A stretch of 63,732 nucleotides of DNA, filler included, from Octopus bimaculoides (lineage: Eukaryota): NCBI RefSeq assembly GCF_001194135.2. It is 4 parts of 4 records of this genome, joined end to end, with 100 filler letters (N's around TTAATTAATTAA, not from the genome) between each part and the next. Parts side by side here need not be neighbours in the genome. Positions count along the whole stretch, not along the records: positions 1 to 13,554 come from NC_069008.1; 3 more parts are not named here. One strand, 5' to 3'. Positions 1 to 12,843 of the stretch are shown here, piece by piece (position 1 is the first letter of the stretch; every line of letters begins with the position of its first letter). The position numbers and the translations under genes were made by a program. The notes below the pieces were generated by a model. It saw only the letters and a program-made list of their open reading frames with translations. It was not told the DNA's origin and ran no database searches.

Positions 1-110
1 GTAAGAGTAGTAGTATTTAGTGTTGTAGAGGAGGTGGTGGTGGTGGCGGTTGTGGTGCTAGTTATAATAGTTATACTAGTGGAAAAACAGAAAGGACACA
101 CTGGTTAAGA

Positions 111-143
<33 letters not shown>

Positions 144-252
144 CATGAACCTGATGTACCCTCATCACACAGGTAGTCACGATGGGTATATTGGGCTTTA
201 TACATTTATACCCCAGCATCACTCTGATGGCATATGTTGCTCTCTCTCTCTC

Positions 253-284
<32 letters not shown>

Positions 285-938
285 TAATAATAATAATGAT
301 AATAATAATAATAAGGCTAATCCTTTTTACTATGGGCGCAAAACCTGAAATTTTGGGAGAGGGGATCAGCTGACTGCATCGACCCCAGGATGAAAGGTAA
401 AGTCAACCTCGGCGGAATTTGAACTCAGAACGTAGCGATGGGCGATATATCGTTAAACACTTCACCAGGTATGCTTACAGTTTTGCCAGCTCACGGCTTT
501 AATATATACTATTAATAATAATATTCAGGAACCTTTTGAGCGGGATGGGTTACTCGACCTGAAGCAAAATTCTAACTGGGCCCCCACCTGTAAGGTCATG
601 CGTTGTTTATCTTGATATAAGATCACCTTGTTGCACACATGTGGTTGTGATGCATGTACCTGGTGTACCCTTATCAGATGGGTAATCATGATGGATATAC
701 TGGGTCTTGTATATTTGAACCCAAGTGTCACTGTGATGCATCTGTTGCCCTCTCACTCAATAATAACAATAATAATAACAATCCTGCGTGAACCTGATGT
801 ACCCTTATCAGTCAGGTAGTCATGATGGGTATATTGGGCTTCGCATATTTGTACCCCAGCATCATTCTGATGGCATGCGTTGCTCTCTCACTCAATAATA
901 ATAATAATAATAATAATAACAATAACAATAACAATAAC

Positions 939-972
<34 letters not shown>

Positions 973-1597
973 GTGAGAGCACTCCGTCGGTTATGACGAC
1001 GAGGGTCCCAGCTGACACGATCAACAGAACAGCCTGCTCGTGAAATTAATGTGCAAGTGGCTGAGCACTCCACACACACGTGTACCCTTAACATAGTTCT
1101 CAGGAAGATTCAGCATGACACATAGTGTGACAAGGCTGGCCCTTTGAAATACAGATACTACTCATTTGTGCCAGCTGAGTGGACTGGAGCTACGTGAAAT
1201 AAAGTGTCTTGCTCAAGGACACAACGCGTCGCTGGGAACTGAACTCACGACTTTACGATCGTGAGCCGAAAGCCCTAACCACTAAGCCACGTGCCTTCAC
1301 AATAATAATAATAAATAGTAATAAAGTCCTAAGATAAACACAATCCTTGAAAGAAAGGGTCAAAACAGCCACTGTTTGATTACACTTCATCATAAAACAA
1401 GCTCTGTTGTTTCAACAGGACTGGCCTAGGGCTAAACAATCATAGCAGCAACAACAACAACAACAACAACACCGTGTCAGATTTCTGCAGTTGGAACTTG
1501 GTCAGTTCACTCCAGTGCTGATACTTAGCCCCAGGTGAGTGATGATTGAGACAAATCATAATCGATGGCCACCCCATTCCAGACATGGCCATCCCAT

Positions 1598-1635
<38 letters not shown>

Positions 1636-1669
1636 TATATATGTATATACATGTGTATATTCATATATA

Positions 1670-1702
<33 letters not shown>

Positions 1703-2716
1703 TAAATACACACAAACATATATATACAATCATACATACACATATTCACACATACGTGTATGCATACATATATACATCTTTTATTGTTTATCTTTTGGCT
1801 GTTTCAGTCATTAGAATACGTCCATGCTGGGGCACTGCCTTGAATAATATCAAGGTTTTGCTTATAGCACTTAGGTTTCCGAAGTAGCTCCCCATTTTAT
1901 TACAAACAACGTTGCTTAACTTTGGTGATCATATGGGAACCAATGTTTTCATTGGTACACACACACAAACACACACACACACACACACACATATCTATGA
2001 TCAAACAGACTCCAAAATGGCTGGGGTTGGTCTGCACTGGCAAGATATATTTTATGTAGTAAAAATGATGATAATAGTACAGTGATGCTGCAATGAAAGG
2101 TGGGAAATCCAAACATTTCATATAGTGAGCTTCTTTGGGGAAATGTTGAAAGGAAAGAAAGAAATAAGAGACAGCAGAGCCTTACATCCTCTAAGTTGAG
2201 AAAAACAAGACTGGCTGCAGCTGATGAAGAACACAGGACTATGTGAGCGTCATGAGTGAACAGGAAGTGGAAAAAGAAACAGTTTGGGAAGGAAGAAGGA
2301 AAGAGTAATGAAATGAGGAAAAGCAGGGAAAGTTGAGTATGAGGTGAAGGGAAAAGGTGAGGGGAGAGAGGAGTTGAAGGATAAAAAAAAGGGTTTGATC
2401 AAAGGTGTAAGAATAGGGGGGGGGGGGAATGTTCATTTAAAGTTGTCAGTGACAAGGTACCAAGCTAGAATATGAAAGGTTTCCTTTAGAATGTGGATCC
2501 ATGGTGTGTAGTGATGCCACCTACGGATGAGTGAGTGGTGGAATGGCCTGTACTGTTGAAGTGGAGGGTGGCAACAGGTTGTCCTGGCTTACCTAGTATG
2601 CTTCATATATGCTCCTGAAAGCAATCAACAAGACGTCAGCCTGTTTCCCTAATGTAAAGTGCACTGCAAAGTTTATATATGATGTTATGCATAAGGTTAG
2701 ACATTTTACACATACA

Positions 2717-2832
2717 TACAGGAGGTGCTAAAAAAGTTCCTGGCTTCGGGTAAAAGAAAATACAGGAGGATCAGTCAATTATGATTTTATTCAACATATT
2801 CCCCTCTCAGATTCACACACTTGTTACAGTGG
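2717..2832 (+). mobile_element. mariner-like terminal fragment
   Basis: TACAGGAGGTGCTAAAAAAGTTCCTGGC start resembles mariner TIRs (from memory). Confidence 0.4.
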
Positions 2833-2833
2833 T

Positions 2834-3196
2834 CATCATCATCATCATCTTCATCGTTTAACGTCCGCTTTCCATGCTAGCATGGGTTGGACGATTTGAC
2901 TGAGGACTGATGAACCAGGTGGCTACACCAGGCTCCAGTCTGATCTGGCAGAGTTTCTACAGATGGATGCCCTTCCTAACGCCAACCACTCAGAGAGTGT
3001 AGTGGGTGCTTTTATGTACCACTGGCACGAAGGCCGGTCAGGAGGTACTGGCAACGGCCACGCTCGAAATGGTGTATTTTACGTGCCACCTGCACAGGAG
3101 CCAGTCCAGCGGTACGGGCAATGAACTCACTCGAACGTCTTTTCATGTGCCACTGGCACAAGTGCCAGGAGGGCGACGTTGGTAACGATCACACTC
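2834..3196 (-). mobile_element. Interspersed retro-repeat family C with a (GAT)n tail; other copies at 10232-10497, 37028-37425 (-), 44085-44320 and 47850-48035 (+)
   Basis: Shared GGATGCCCTTCCTAACGCCAACCACT core and (CAT)n-CGTTTAA-TCCGCTTTCCATGC end. Confidence 0.8.
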
Positions 3197-3476
3197 AAGT
3201 CATTCAGTTTATTCTAAGCCCCATAAAAGAACTTAGTCAGGAACTTTTCAGCACTCCTTCATATAGTTTCTGGTCATCTTGCGCTTCTCCTATTCAGTTA
3301 AACAGAATTTCAGAACCGGAAATCGTTGTCTACCATCTAATTAAAACCTACAAACCCAGGTTCAAGATTAGAATAAAACATTTCAATGTCTCCAACATTA
3401 AAGAAACATTCTCAACCACATGGTCCCAGGTTCAATCCCACTGCATGACTCTATGGGCAAGTGTCTTCTACTATAG

Positions 3477-3793
3477 CAGGGGATCTCAACTATTTTATTA
3501 TTTATGGACCCCTTTGATTACTATTTGATTCTGGTAGGTCCTCATAGCCATTCACTGCTTAAAACCTAGTTTTATAGAAACTTCTTTCAAAATTCCTATT
3601 TTGTGGTTGGATTATGTAAAATGTTAAAGAAAGAAACCAAGTTGTTTTTTGCAATGCATACATCTAAAGCAAAATTTTTCTAGGGTCTCTTAAAATACTG
3701 TTGTTGGCCCCCAATTTACTACTTTGCTGTGTGAACCCCCAAAAATCTTATATGGACCCTCAGGGGTTATATGGGCCCCAGCTGAGAACCAGC
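3477..3793. mobile_element. hAT-like MITE (degenerate)
   Basis: Termini CAGGGGATCTCAAC and GCTGAGAACCAGCT; interrupts a SINE family A head. Confidence 0.45.
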
Positions 3794-4609
3794 TCCAATT
3801 GAAAATCTTCATACTTAAATGTCATATTTTTTCTAGATATGCTGACAACTCCAATGACATCGTTGGTAGACTAAATGATCCTGACTTCACAGTGGGATAG
3901 CATGGAGACATGAGCCATTGTAGCTTGCTGCTGTGTCCCCTATTTATCGGAGTTTGCTTGATCATCTGTGGCAACTCTCCAAGTAGTGTGCTGTTACTTC
4001 TTATCTCCATAAGATACTTCCTCATTTGCTGTGACCATGAAGCACATAGCTGACCAACATGAGCTATCACCTCAGTTGGATCCTTAGAGAAGAAAACATG
4101 GTACATGACCTCGCTGTGCATTAACATAATTAATGCTTTTGCCTAAGATGTTGTCTCCCTTTACATACCTGTGCCTGCTATCCCAACTGTCAGTCTAATT
4201 TCAGACTGCATCATTTCTTGCAACTACTACTGTTTCTAGCTCACTTCCTTGGACATCGACCATCAACTCTTGACCATTATGAATGAGAAACACCAAAGAA
4301 AGGCAACGCTAGACATACCTTATCAGAGGGGTAGAGGNNNNNNNNNNNNNNNNNNNNNNNNNNNNNNNNNNNNNNNNNNNNNNNNNNNNNNNNAGAGTGA
4401 TTCATAGTCAAGAGGGTAACAAGGAGGCTGGAGTCTGTAGATGACAGTTTAGGTTAGGGTCTGTTGTGACCCCAAGGACTCATAAGGACAGATCTTAATT
4501 TGGTTACCATGGTATCTAAGTCATTGACATTACAAGATTACTCCTGAACAGGACATCTGGTCCTCACAGAAGAATGACAGCTGAGTCCTGATGGACCCAG
4601 AGACTAGAG

Positions 4610-5545
4610 CCCTTTTCTCTTTATGGAACAGAGGCCACCAATAACTTTTCCGAACTCTGGACTGTCTTCTCAGCTTTTCTCCAGTATTTATAATGTTGGT
4701 TTCAAATTTTGACACAAAGCCAAGAATTCCAAGGTGGAAGCTGACCCCAGTACTCAACTCATACTTATTCTATCAACCCTGAAAAGGTGAAAGGCAAAGT
4801 TGACCTCAGCAGAATTTGAACTCAGAACGTAAAGACTAATGAAATGCTGCTAAGCATTTTGCCTAGTGTGCTAACGATTCTGCCAGCTCCCTGCCCTAGC
4901 CAGTATTTATAATATTAATTATAATAGTAATTAAATCTTGTTGACCTTTGTCTGGCAATACTATGAGAGCAGTGTCACCTATATAATGGACACTGCTGAC
5001 GTTTTGTCCTCTTCTCAATTTACTTAATAGTAATTTAAAACTCTTCATACCCTATGGAACATAGGCCATCAATGGCCTTTCTCCACTGTTCTCGACTCTA
5101 GGCTATCTTTCCTGCATGTCTCCAGTATTTATAATCCTAGTTAAACCTTGTTGACCTTTATCTGATGATATTATAAAGACAATGTCATCTACATAATGGA
5201 TATTGTTGATGCATTGCCCTCCTCTCAATATATTTAATACTAACTTAAACTCTTTATTCCCTGTGAAGCATAAGGCCATCGACAGCCTCTCTCTCCACTG
5301 TTCTCAACTCTTGGCTGTCTTTTCTGCTTCACTCCAATTAGATCCCTGCTTTTTACAGCTCTACCTGAAGACCATTCAGTGACCAACAACAATACATTTG
5401 TCAGAAAAAAACAAGGAAGGTACTGTGAGATGGACTGAAGGCAACGTTCATTCTTGTGAAGGCACTCTACTGAAGCCCTTCCCTTGACATGAAGCCTAAG
5501 GTCAACAACGACATTCCTCCACTGTTCTTGGTTCAATGCTGTCTT
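4610..5545 (-). mobile_element. Array of diverged RTE-like 3' termini (about 210-bp period)
   Basis: Repeated unit starts TTAAAYCTTGTTGACC at 4931 and 5141. The minus strand reads ...EQWR(E/N)xVxxL..., typical of RTE ORF ends. Confidence 0.5.
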
Positions 5546-5759
5546 TTCTGCTTCCCTCCTGTTGGCTCTTTGTTCTTGTCAGCCCTGCCTCTTTAATATA
5601 CATTTCCCTGTGGGAAGGGCTCTGTCTCGGGTCTTATTGGTTTGGGATTACGATTGACTCTTCTGTAACTACACTTATTTCTAAGTAAGGTTATTGGTCC
5701 TATGGAAACCCATTTTTATCTCCAAAATAATCTGGCCTCTATCCTTTAGCCTGTCCAGC

Positions 5760-6040
5760 ATAGGTGGCCCTAGTGAGAGTTTGCGCTCCACTGGCATAGC
5801 TCTTGGTGTCACTGAGCCATGCAAGCCACTTCACTGCAACAAGCACTAGACCTTGTGGCATGTTGCTTTTACTTTGCAGCTACTGCACCTCTGTACATAG
5901 CTTATACTGTACTTCCATATGAGGCATGTGTGGTCCTCATAAGCAGCCATTGGGCCATACCATGTTCCCATAGCAATGCCCTGAGCTTGGAACACTGTCA
6001 TAGACTGCCCCCAGGTCAAGAAATGTTGAGTACAGTTTCT
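5760..6040 (-). mobile_element. Decayed RTE-like RT fragment
   Basis: Minus translation STFLDLGAVYDSVP resembles the FxDLxKAYDxVP RT motif; multiple stops. Confidence 0.45.
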
Positions 6041-6156
6041 GGTATAGGTGAGAAATCATGTCACAAGCAAATACACACATATACCGCCACATGAGCATAT
6101 GCAAGTACATGTATACACACATATATATCAAGAGAAATATACACACATATATACTA

Positions 6157-6190
<34 letters not shown>

Positions 6191-6333
6191 ATGCATACAG
6201 ACATACCTATATAAGCAGAGATATACAGCTATATATTTCTGCATGTGTATATACATCTACATAGATATATAAACAGAAACAAATATATATATATAGATAT
6301 ATATATATATATATGTGCATGTGTAATTATATA

Positions 6334-6375
<42 letters not shown>

Positions 6376-6559
6376 TTCATACATACATTCTACATACATA
6401 TGCACAGTCATGGGGTCCCAAAGGAAACTGAGGAACTAAAAATCAAATAACATATGCTTGTTAATTATTTAAGGTGAATATAATTAAAAGGTCATTAGAA
6501 TTACAAATCCTTTGATGGCTTTTGGGACAGCCTCTACATGTGTATGTGTGTGTGTGTAT

Positions 6560-7160
6560 GTATGCTTTTGAGTGGACACAGCGTGACTGAAGTTCAAATT
6601 CCACCAAGGTCGACTTTGCCTTTCGTCCTTTCAGGGACGATAAATTAAGTACCAGTTGCATAATGAGGTCGATCTAATATATATATAAATTAAGTACCGG
6701 TTGCATAATGGGTCGATCTAATATATATAAATTAAGTACCAGTTGCATAATGGGGTCGATCTAATATATATAAATTAAGTACCAGTTGCATAATGGGGTC
6801 GATCTAATATATATAAATTAAGTACCAGTTGCATAATGGGGTCGATCTAATATATATAAATTAAGTACCAGTTGCATAATGGGGTCGATCTAATATATAT
6901 AAATTAAGTACCAGTTGCATAATGGGGTCGATCTAATATATATAAATTAAGTACCAGTTGCATAATGGGTCGATCTAATATATATAAATTAAGTACCAGT
7001 TGCATAATGGGTCGATCTAATATATATAAATTAAGTACTGGTTGCATAATGGGGTCGATCTAATATATATAAATTAAGTACCAGTTGCATAGTGGGGTCA
7101 ATCTAATCGACTCGCCCCCTCCCCAAAAATTTCAGGCCTTGTGCCTAGAGTAGAAAAGAT
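6560..7160 (+). mobile_element. SINE family B with an internal tandem amplification
   Basis: GTTCAAATTCC..GGTCGACTTTGCCTTTC head and CCCCCTCCCCAAAAATTTCAGGCCTTGTGCCTAGAGTAGAAAAG tail flank the minisatellite. Confidence 0.85.
6642..7106 (+). repeat. 42-45-bp minisatellite, 11 copies (AAATTAAGTACCAGTTGCATAATGGGGTCGATCTAATATATAT)
   Basis: Unit starts at 6642, 6687, 6729, 6772, 6815, 6858, 6901, 6944, 6986, 7028 and 7071; no spacers. Confidence 0.95.
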
Positions 7161-8147
7161 CGAATGGTTCGCAGTCATAGAGTCTCAAGTTCAATTCCTG
7201 TGCATGGCATTTTCGGCAAGCATTTTTTTATCTAGCCTCTGCATAACTCAAGCCTTTGTCACTGAAACTGTGTAAGGGGTGGAAACTGTACAGAAGCCTT
7301 TTCCATGGATTGTAATTCAAAAGTGGAGCCTTGTCACGTTGTAATTACTTTTCAGCTTTGACTTGTTTCAGTCACTGGAGCACGGTCATGCTGGGGCAAA
7401 TATCTTGATAGCTTTAGTCTAACAAATCTGTCCCAGTACTTGGTTTATTTATATTGGCCTCTTTTGGGGATGAGGAGGAGGAGGAGGNNNNNNNNNNNNN
7501 NNNNNNNNNNNNNNNNNNNNNNNNNNNNNNNNNNNNNNNNNNNNNNNNNNNNNNNNNNNNNNNNNNNNNNNNNNNNNNNNNNNNNNNNNNNNNNNNNNNN
7601 NNNNNNNNNNNNNNNNNNNNNNNNNNNNNNNNNNNNNNNNNNNNNNNNNNNNNNNNNNNNNNNNNNNNNNNNNNNNNNNNNNNNNNNNNNNNNNNNNNNN
7701 NNNNNNNNNNNNNNNNNNNNNNNNNNNNNNNNNNNNNNNNNNNNNNNNNNNNNNNNNNNNNNNNNNNNNNNNNNNNNNNNNNNNNNNNNNNNNNNNNNNN
7801 NNNNNNNNNNNNNNNNNNNNNNNNNNNNNNNNNNNNNNNNNNNNNNNNNNNNNNNNNNNNNNNNNNNNNNNNNNNNNNNNNNNNNNNNNNNNNNNNNNNN
7901 NNNNNNNNNNNNNNNNNNNNNNNNNNNNNNNNNNNNNNNNNNNNNNNNNNNNNNNNNNNNNNNNNNNNNNNNNNNNNNNNNNNNNNNNNNNNNNNNNNNN
8001 NNNNNNNNNNNNNNNNNNNNNNNNNNNNNNNNNNNNNNNNNNNNNNNNNNNNNNNNNNNNNNNNNNNNNNNNNNNNNNNNNNNNNNNNNNNNNNNNNNNN
8101 NNNNNNNNNNNNNNNNNNNNNNNNNNNNNNNNNNNNNNNNNNNNNNN

Positions 8148-8493
8148 TAGGATCGCGGTTTCGATTCTCAGATCGGGCGTTGTGTGTGTTTATTGAGCGA
8201 AAACACCTAAAGCTCCACGAGGCTCCGGCAGGGGATGGTGGCGAACCCTGCTGTACTCTTCCACCACAACTTTCTCTCACTTTTACTTCCTGTTTCTGTT
8301 GTGTCTGTAATTTCAAAGGGTCAGCTTTGTCACACTGTGTCATGCTGAATATCCCCGAGAACTACGTTAAGGGTACACGTGTCTGTGGAGTGCTCAGCCA
8401 CTTGCACGTTAATTTCACAAGCAGGCTGTTCCGTTGATCGGATCAACTGGAACCCTCGATGTCGTAAGCGATGGAGTGCCAACAACAACAACA
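8148..8493 (+). mobile_element. SINE family D with a (CAA)n tail; other copies at about 975-1300 (-) and 48445-48735 (+)
   Basis: Shared GAGAACTACGTTAAGGGTACACGTGTCTGTGGAGTGCTCAGCCACTTGCAC core. Confidence 0.75.
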
Positions 8494-8494
8494 T

Positions 8495-8940
8495 GGGCCG
8501 ACAAAAATAAGACTGGACATTATAAAACATGAAGGACAAAGTGGGGTTGCGTAAAGTGTTATGTAAAAAATCTATAACTATGAAAAATATAACAAAGAAA
8601 ATGTCTAAAAGAGGTGAGCAATTCAGGGCTACTCATGGAGACCTCTTGAAAAATCCACCAGCGCCACGATCACTAGGGCAAGGGCCCTCTTCCCATCTTT
8701 CTCTCGCTTTCAGTCTTGGAAACTCAAAAGTGCATGCTGAACGTAGGCCTGCCTAACACAGACCATCATCACCACATTCGCCCACTTTTCAAGGAATTTG
8801 CTGGAAGTCAGCACTTCTCTCTCTACTTTCACTTTCCTTTTCAGATGGAATCTGAAAAAGTTGATGAGGAGTAGGCCAAAGAGGGAAGTATCTGTCTTCA
8901 GCTCTCTGAGTCTAGACCACCACACCACCTCTTCCTGTAG
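8495..8940 (-). mobile_element. L1/Tx1-like LINE 3' fragment (ORF2 C-terminus plus 3' UTR)
   Basis: Minus translation VVWWSRLRELKTDTSLFGLLLINFFRFHLKRKVKVEREVLTSSKFLEKW. A related REVLPSS...VARMV tract occurs at 50560-50660. Confidence 0.7.
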
Positions 8941-8994
8941 TAATAATAATAATAATAATAACGATAATGATAATAATAATAATAATAAAGCTAA

Positions 8995-9535
8995 TAGTAC
9001 CAGGCAGTGGCTCTCATGGCTTCTCATCTTAACTGATTGGAAGTGTTATCATGTACATGTTTTGTCTTGGTATAAAAGATGGACTACAGCAAATATTCTG
9101 CTCAATACCACAGATTTGTTTGTCAGTTGTTTGACCCTAACCAGTTGAGCATGTCCCTTGGTGGCTGATGATATGTGTATCCTTGGTCATGAGCAGAAGT
9201 ATAGGGGAGCATCATAGCCATATGTTGAGAGGAATTCTTTGGGGTTTGAATAATTCACCTCTGGAAACACGGGTGTTTCATTCATCATCCTTAAACAACC
9301 CTTATTCAGAGACTTTTTGAGTAGGATGAGCTGCTCAACCTGAAGAAAATTCTAACAGGACCCCCACCTGCGAGGTTATGCACTGTTTATCTTGATATGA
9401 CATCTCTATGTTACACACATATGGTTGTGATGCATGTGCCTGATGTACCCTTATCAGGCTTTGTATATTTGTACCCCAGTGTCACTTAGATGGCATGCGC
9501 TGCTCTCTCACTCAATAATGATAATAATAATAATA
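8995..9535 (+). mobile_element. LINE-like 3' end, family E, with an (AAT)n tail; truncated copies at 143-312, 525-780 and 785-970
   Basis: Shared GTACCCTTATCAG..CCCCAGxxTCACT..GATGGCAT..CTCTCTCACTCAATAATAAT terminus. Confidence 0.75.
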
Positions 9536-10524
9536 ATTTTCTTTCGTTGGCTACAAAAAAAAAAGAACCTTAGATGATGGTGGCAGTTACAGCAACATAT
9601 TACAAACACATTATGGAATCTATATCAAGTAAAGAGATATCAGCAATAACAATGAAAAACACTTATACAAAAATATAATAACAATAAATAACTGTGAGAA
9701 CAAAACATAAAATAACAAAGAGAAAAGTAACCTGAACTGGGTGAAGGGTACCACATAGGCCATTTGGGGGCATTCCATATAACACTGTGAAGGCACAAGA
9801 CCTTGTGATTAGGGCGTTGTTCTCACAATAACAAGACCATGGTTTCGCTTCATGGTTCAGGTGGTGTGTTGTGTTCTTGAGTGTTTTCTTAAATTGCCCC
9901 AGTCCACTCAGCTGTTACTGAGTAACCTAGCAACTAATTCTGGGAGAATGTTGTGATCTTGGTTTACTTATACGTCATGGAAACCAGGTTACCAACCCTA
10001 TGGATCCCAGGATTTGAGAGAGTTGAGTCCAGGTGTTGACCCTAATGGTGGCACGGTACCCAGGATTACACGAACCCACCAAAGAAAAGGAAATTTCTTT
10101 CAGTTCTTGTTGTTAGTCAGACTGCAATTACAAATTTAGACTAAGTCACAGATAGTAATTATTAATCCTTTCTACTATAGGCACGAGGCCGGAAATTTGG
10201 CGGGAGGAGTTAAATCGACAGTTGACAGTTTGACTGGGTACTGGCAAGCCAGTATGCTGCACCAGGCTCCAATCTGATCTGGCGATGTTTCTACAGCTTG
10301 AAGCCCTTCCTAACGCCAACCACTCCAAGAGTGTAGTGGGCGCTTTTTACATGTCACTGGCACAGGAGCCAGTCAAGTAGCACTGGCATCGCCCATGTTT
10401 GGATGATGCTTTTTACGTGCTACTAGCACAGGAGCCAGTTGGGGCGGGAGGGTTGGCATCGACCACATTCAGATGGTGTTTTGTATGAGCTACCGGCACA
10501 ATAATAATAGTAATAATAATAATA

Positions 10525-10976
10525 ATCCTTTCTACTATAAGCATAAGGCCTAGAATTTGAAGGAAGCAGGATAGTTGATCACATCAACCCCAGTACTTGA
10601 CTGGCACTTAATTTATCAACACCAAAAAGATGAAAGGCAAAGTATACCTCGCAAGAATTTGAACTCAAAACGTGCCAACAGGCGAAATAGTGTTTAGCAT
10701 TTCATCCAGTATGCTAATGATTCAGCCAGCTTGCTGCCTTCATATAATAATAATGTTAATATTTATTTCAAATTTTTGCCACAAGGGCAGCTTGGGGTAG
10801 GGGATTAAATCAATTATATTGATCCCAGTGCGTAACTGGTACGTAATTTATCGACCCTGGAAGGATGAAAGGCAAAATTGACCTCACCAGAATTTGAACT
10901 CAGAACATAAAGATGGGCGAAATACCACTAAGCATTTCATCCAACACGCTAACAATTCTGCCAGCTCAACGCCTTC

Positions 10977-11030
<54 letters not shown>

Positions 11031-11200
11031 TAACAACAATAATAATATACATTGTTTCTACTATAGGTACACAGCCTGACTGGTACTTATATGATTGACC
11101 CTGAAGGGATGGAAAGCAAAGTCAACTCTCAGCGGAATTTGAACCTGGAATGTAATGCGGGATGAAATGCCAAAAAGCAATTTGTCCAGCGGACTAACAA
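10525..11200 (-). mobile_element. Cluster of three SINE family B copies separated by (AAT)n
   Basis: Repeated GAAAGGCAAAGT..GAATTTGAAC..GCTAAxxATTCxGCCAGC blocks at about 10525, 10770 and 11050. Confidence 0.8.
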
Positions 11201-11987
11201 ATAATAAATTTAACAGTAACGATATTTTGTGATAGAGTAGGGAATCATGGAAATGCGTAAGAAATCAGAAAAATATGAAGATATATAATATCGATACATA
11301 TTGCTTCCAATAAAACATTTGACTCGTAATGATTCCAATAAAACATTTGACTCATAATGATTCCTATCCAATAATAAATAATATGGGAACCAAAAGCCAG
11401 GAGTTCAAGTCATGCTACAGACTTACATCTTCAAACACTTACCAAAGCAAACGAGAGTGCCTACCATTATAATGTATAGAAAAACAACAACAACAATAAA
11501 CAATAAGAATGATAATATTTAATAATAATAATAACAAGCAACATTAGGGAAACAAAACATATGAATGATTTTTAGAAAAAAATGCTTATATACATTAAGA
11601 AGGAATAGATAAAGAGATATTTAGAAGAGATATGCATATGTATGTATGTATATATATATATATATAAGGTTGAGGAGGGTATTGGATTTAACCAAACCCC
11701 GGAGGATGCAGGTAATACCAAGTAAGTGCTGTATACCGACTTGTTTGCCCCAGTCGTTGTATGAACAAGATTGGGGATTATAAGTCGTGTATTAGCGTGT
11801 GTATATGTAAATATATAAAAATAAAAAGATAAAGAGAGCAATGGTAAGGGTGGAGAAGTATTTTATGGATACAGTCTTACAGCTGTTTCAGGGAAGATCC
11901 AGTACTTCCCTTCATCGGAGACAGAAAAAAATAAAGTAATCTATTATTATATCCATAGGTGGATGTTTTTAGTATGAAGTGGTAAAG

Positions 11988-12106
11988 AGTGTGGTGTGCT
12001 GAAAAAGGAGAGAACAGTACTTGAAGTGTAGTTTCATTCGGATATTTACCACTGGAATGAAACTACACTTCAAGTACTGTTCTCTCCTTTTTCAGCGCAT
12101 CACACT
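11988..12106. repeat. Inverted repeat: 52-bp arms, 15-nt loop
   Basis: 50 of 52 positions identical; the right arm runs into an N gap. Confidence 0.9.
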
Positions 12107-12141
12107 NNNNNNNNNNNNNNNNNNNNNNNNNNNNNNNNNNN

Positions 12142-12181
<40 letters not shown>

Positions 12182-12329
12182 TGATTTTTAGAAAAAAAAT
12201 GCTTATATACATCAAGAAGGAATAGTTAAAGAGATATTTATAAGAGATATGCAAATATATATATATATAGATATGAAGAATGGTTTTTTGAAAGAATTAA
12301 GAAAATAACCATAAAATAGAATGATTTGA

Positions 12330-12590
12330 GCTGTGTGAATATAAAAGTTTCCAGCCAAAAGAAAAATATAGCAGAGATTTCATGTATGTATGTGTGTGTA
12401 TATAAATGTGTATATATGTTTGTGTATGTGTGTGTGTGTGTGTTTGTGTGTGTGCGTGTGTGTAGCATATATATATACATGCATATATATATACACACAC
12501 ATATACATACATAAATATATATGTACATGTATATACATATATGTATATATAAATATATATGTACATATATAAACATACATATATATGTAT

Positions 12591-12621
<31 letters not shown>

Positions 12622-12641
12622 CCAATACATACATACATATG

Positions 12642-12691
<50 letters not shown>

Positions 12692-12812
12692 TATACCAAT
12701 ATCTATTATATCATTTAACATCATTTAACAAATATATATACTCATTAAATGATGATGAAGATGATAATATACATACTGACTATATATATATGTATGTAAA
12801 ATAAATAATGTG

Positions 12813-12843
<31 letters not shown>

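Noticed and set aside
3822-4127. 101-aa minus-strand ORF
   Set aside because: No recognisable homology; lies among decayed repeats.
6642-7106. CRISPR-like regular repeat
   Set aside because: The units are contiguous with no unique spacers, lie inside a SINE, and no cas genes are present in this eukaryotic DNA.
7414-8437. Long ORFs of 200-390 aa here and at 21112-22287, 31188-32139, 55316-56149 and 60311-60858
   Set aside because: They consist almost entirely of translated N gaps.
11305-11364. 28-bp tandem duplication (also a 12-bp one at about 48974-49002)
   Set aside because: Ordinary slippage duplications with no further structure.
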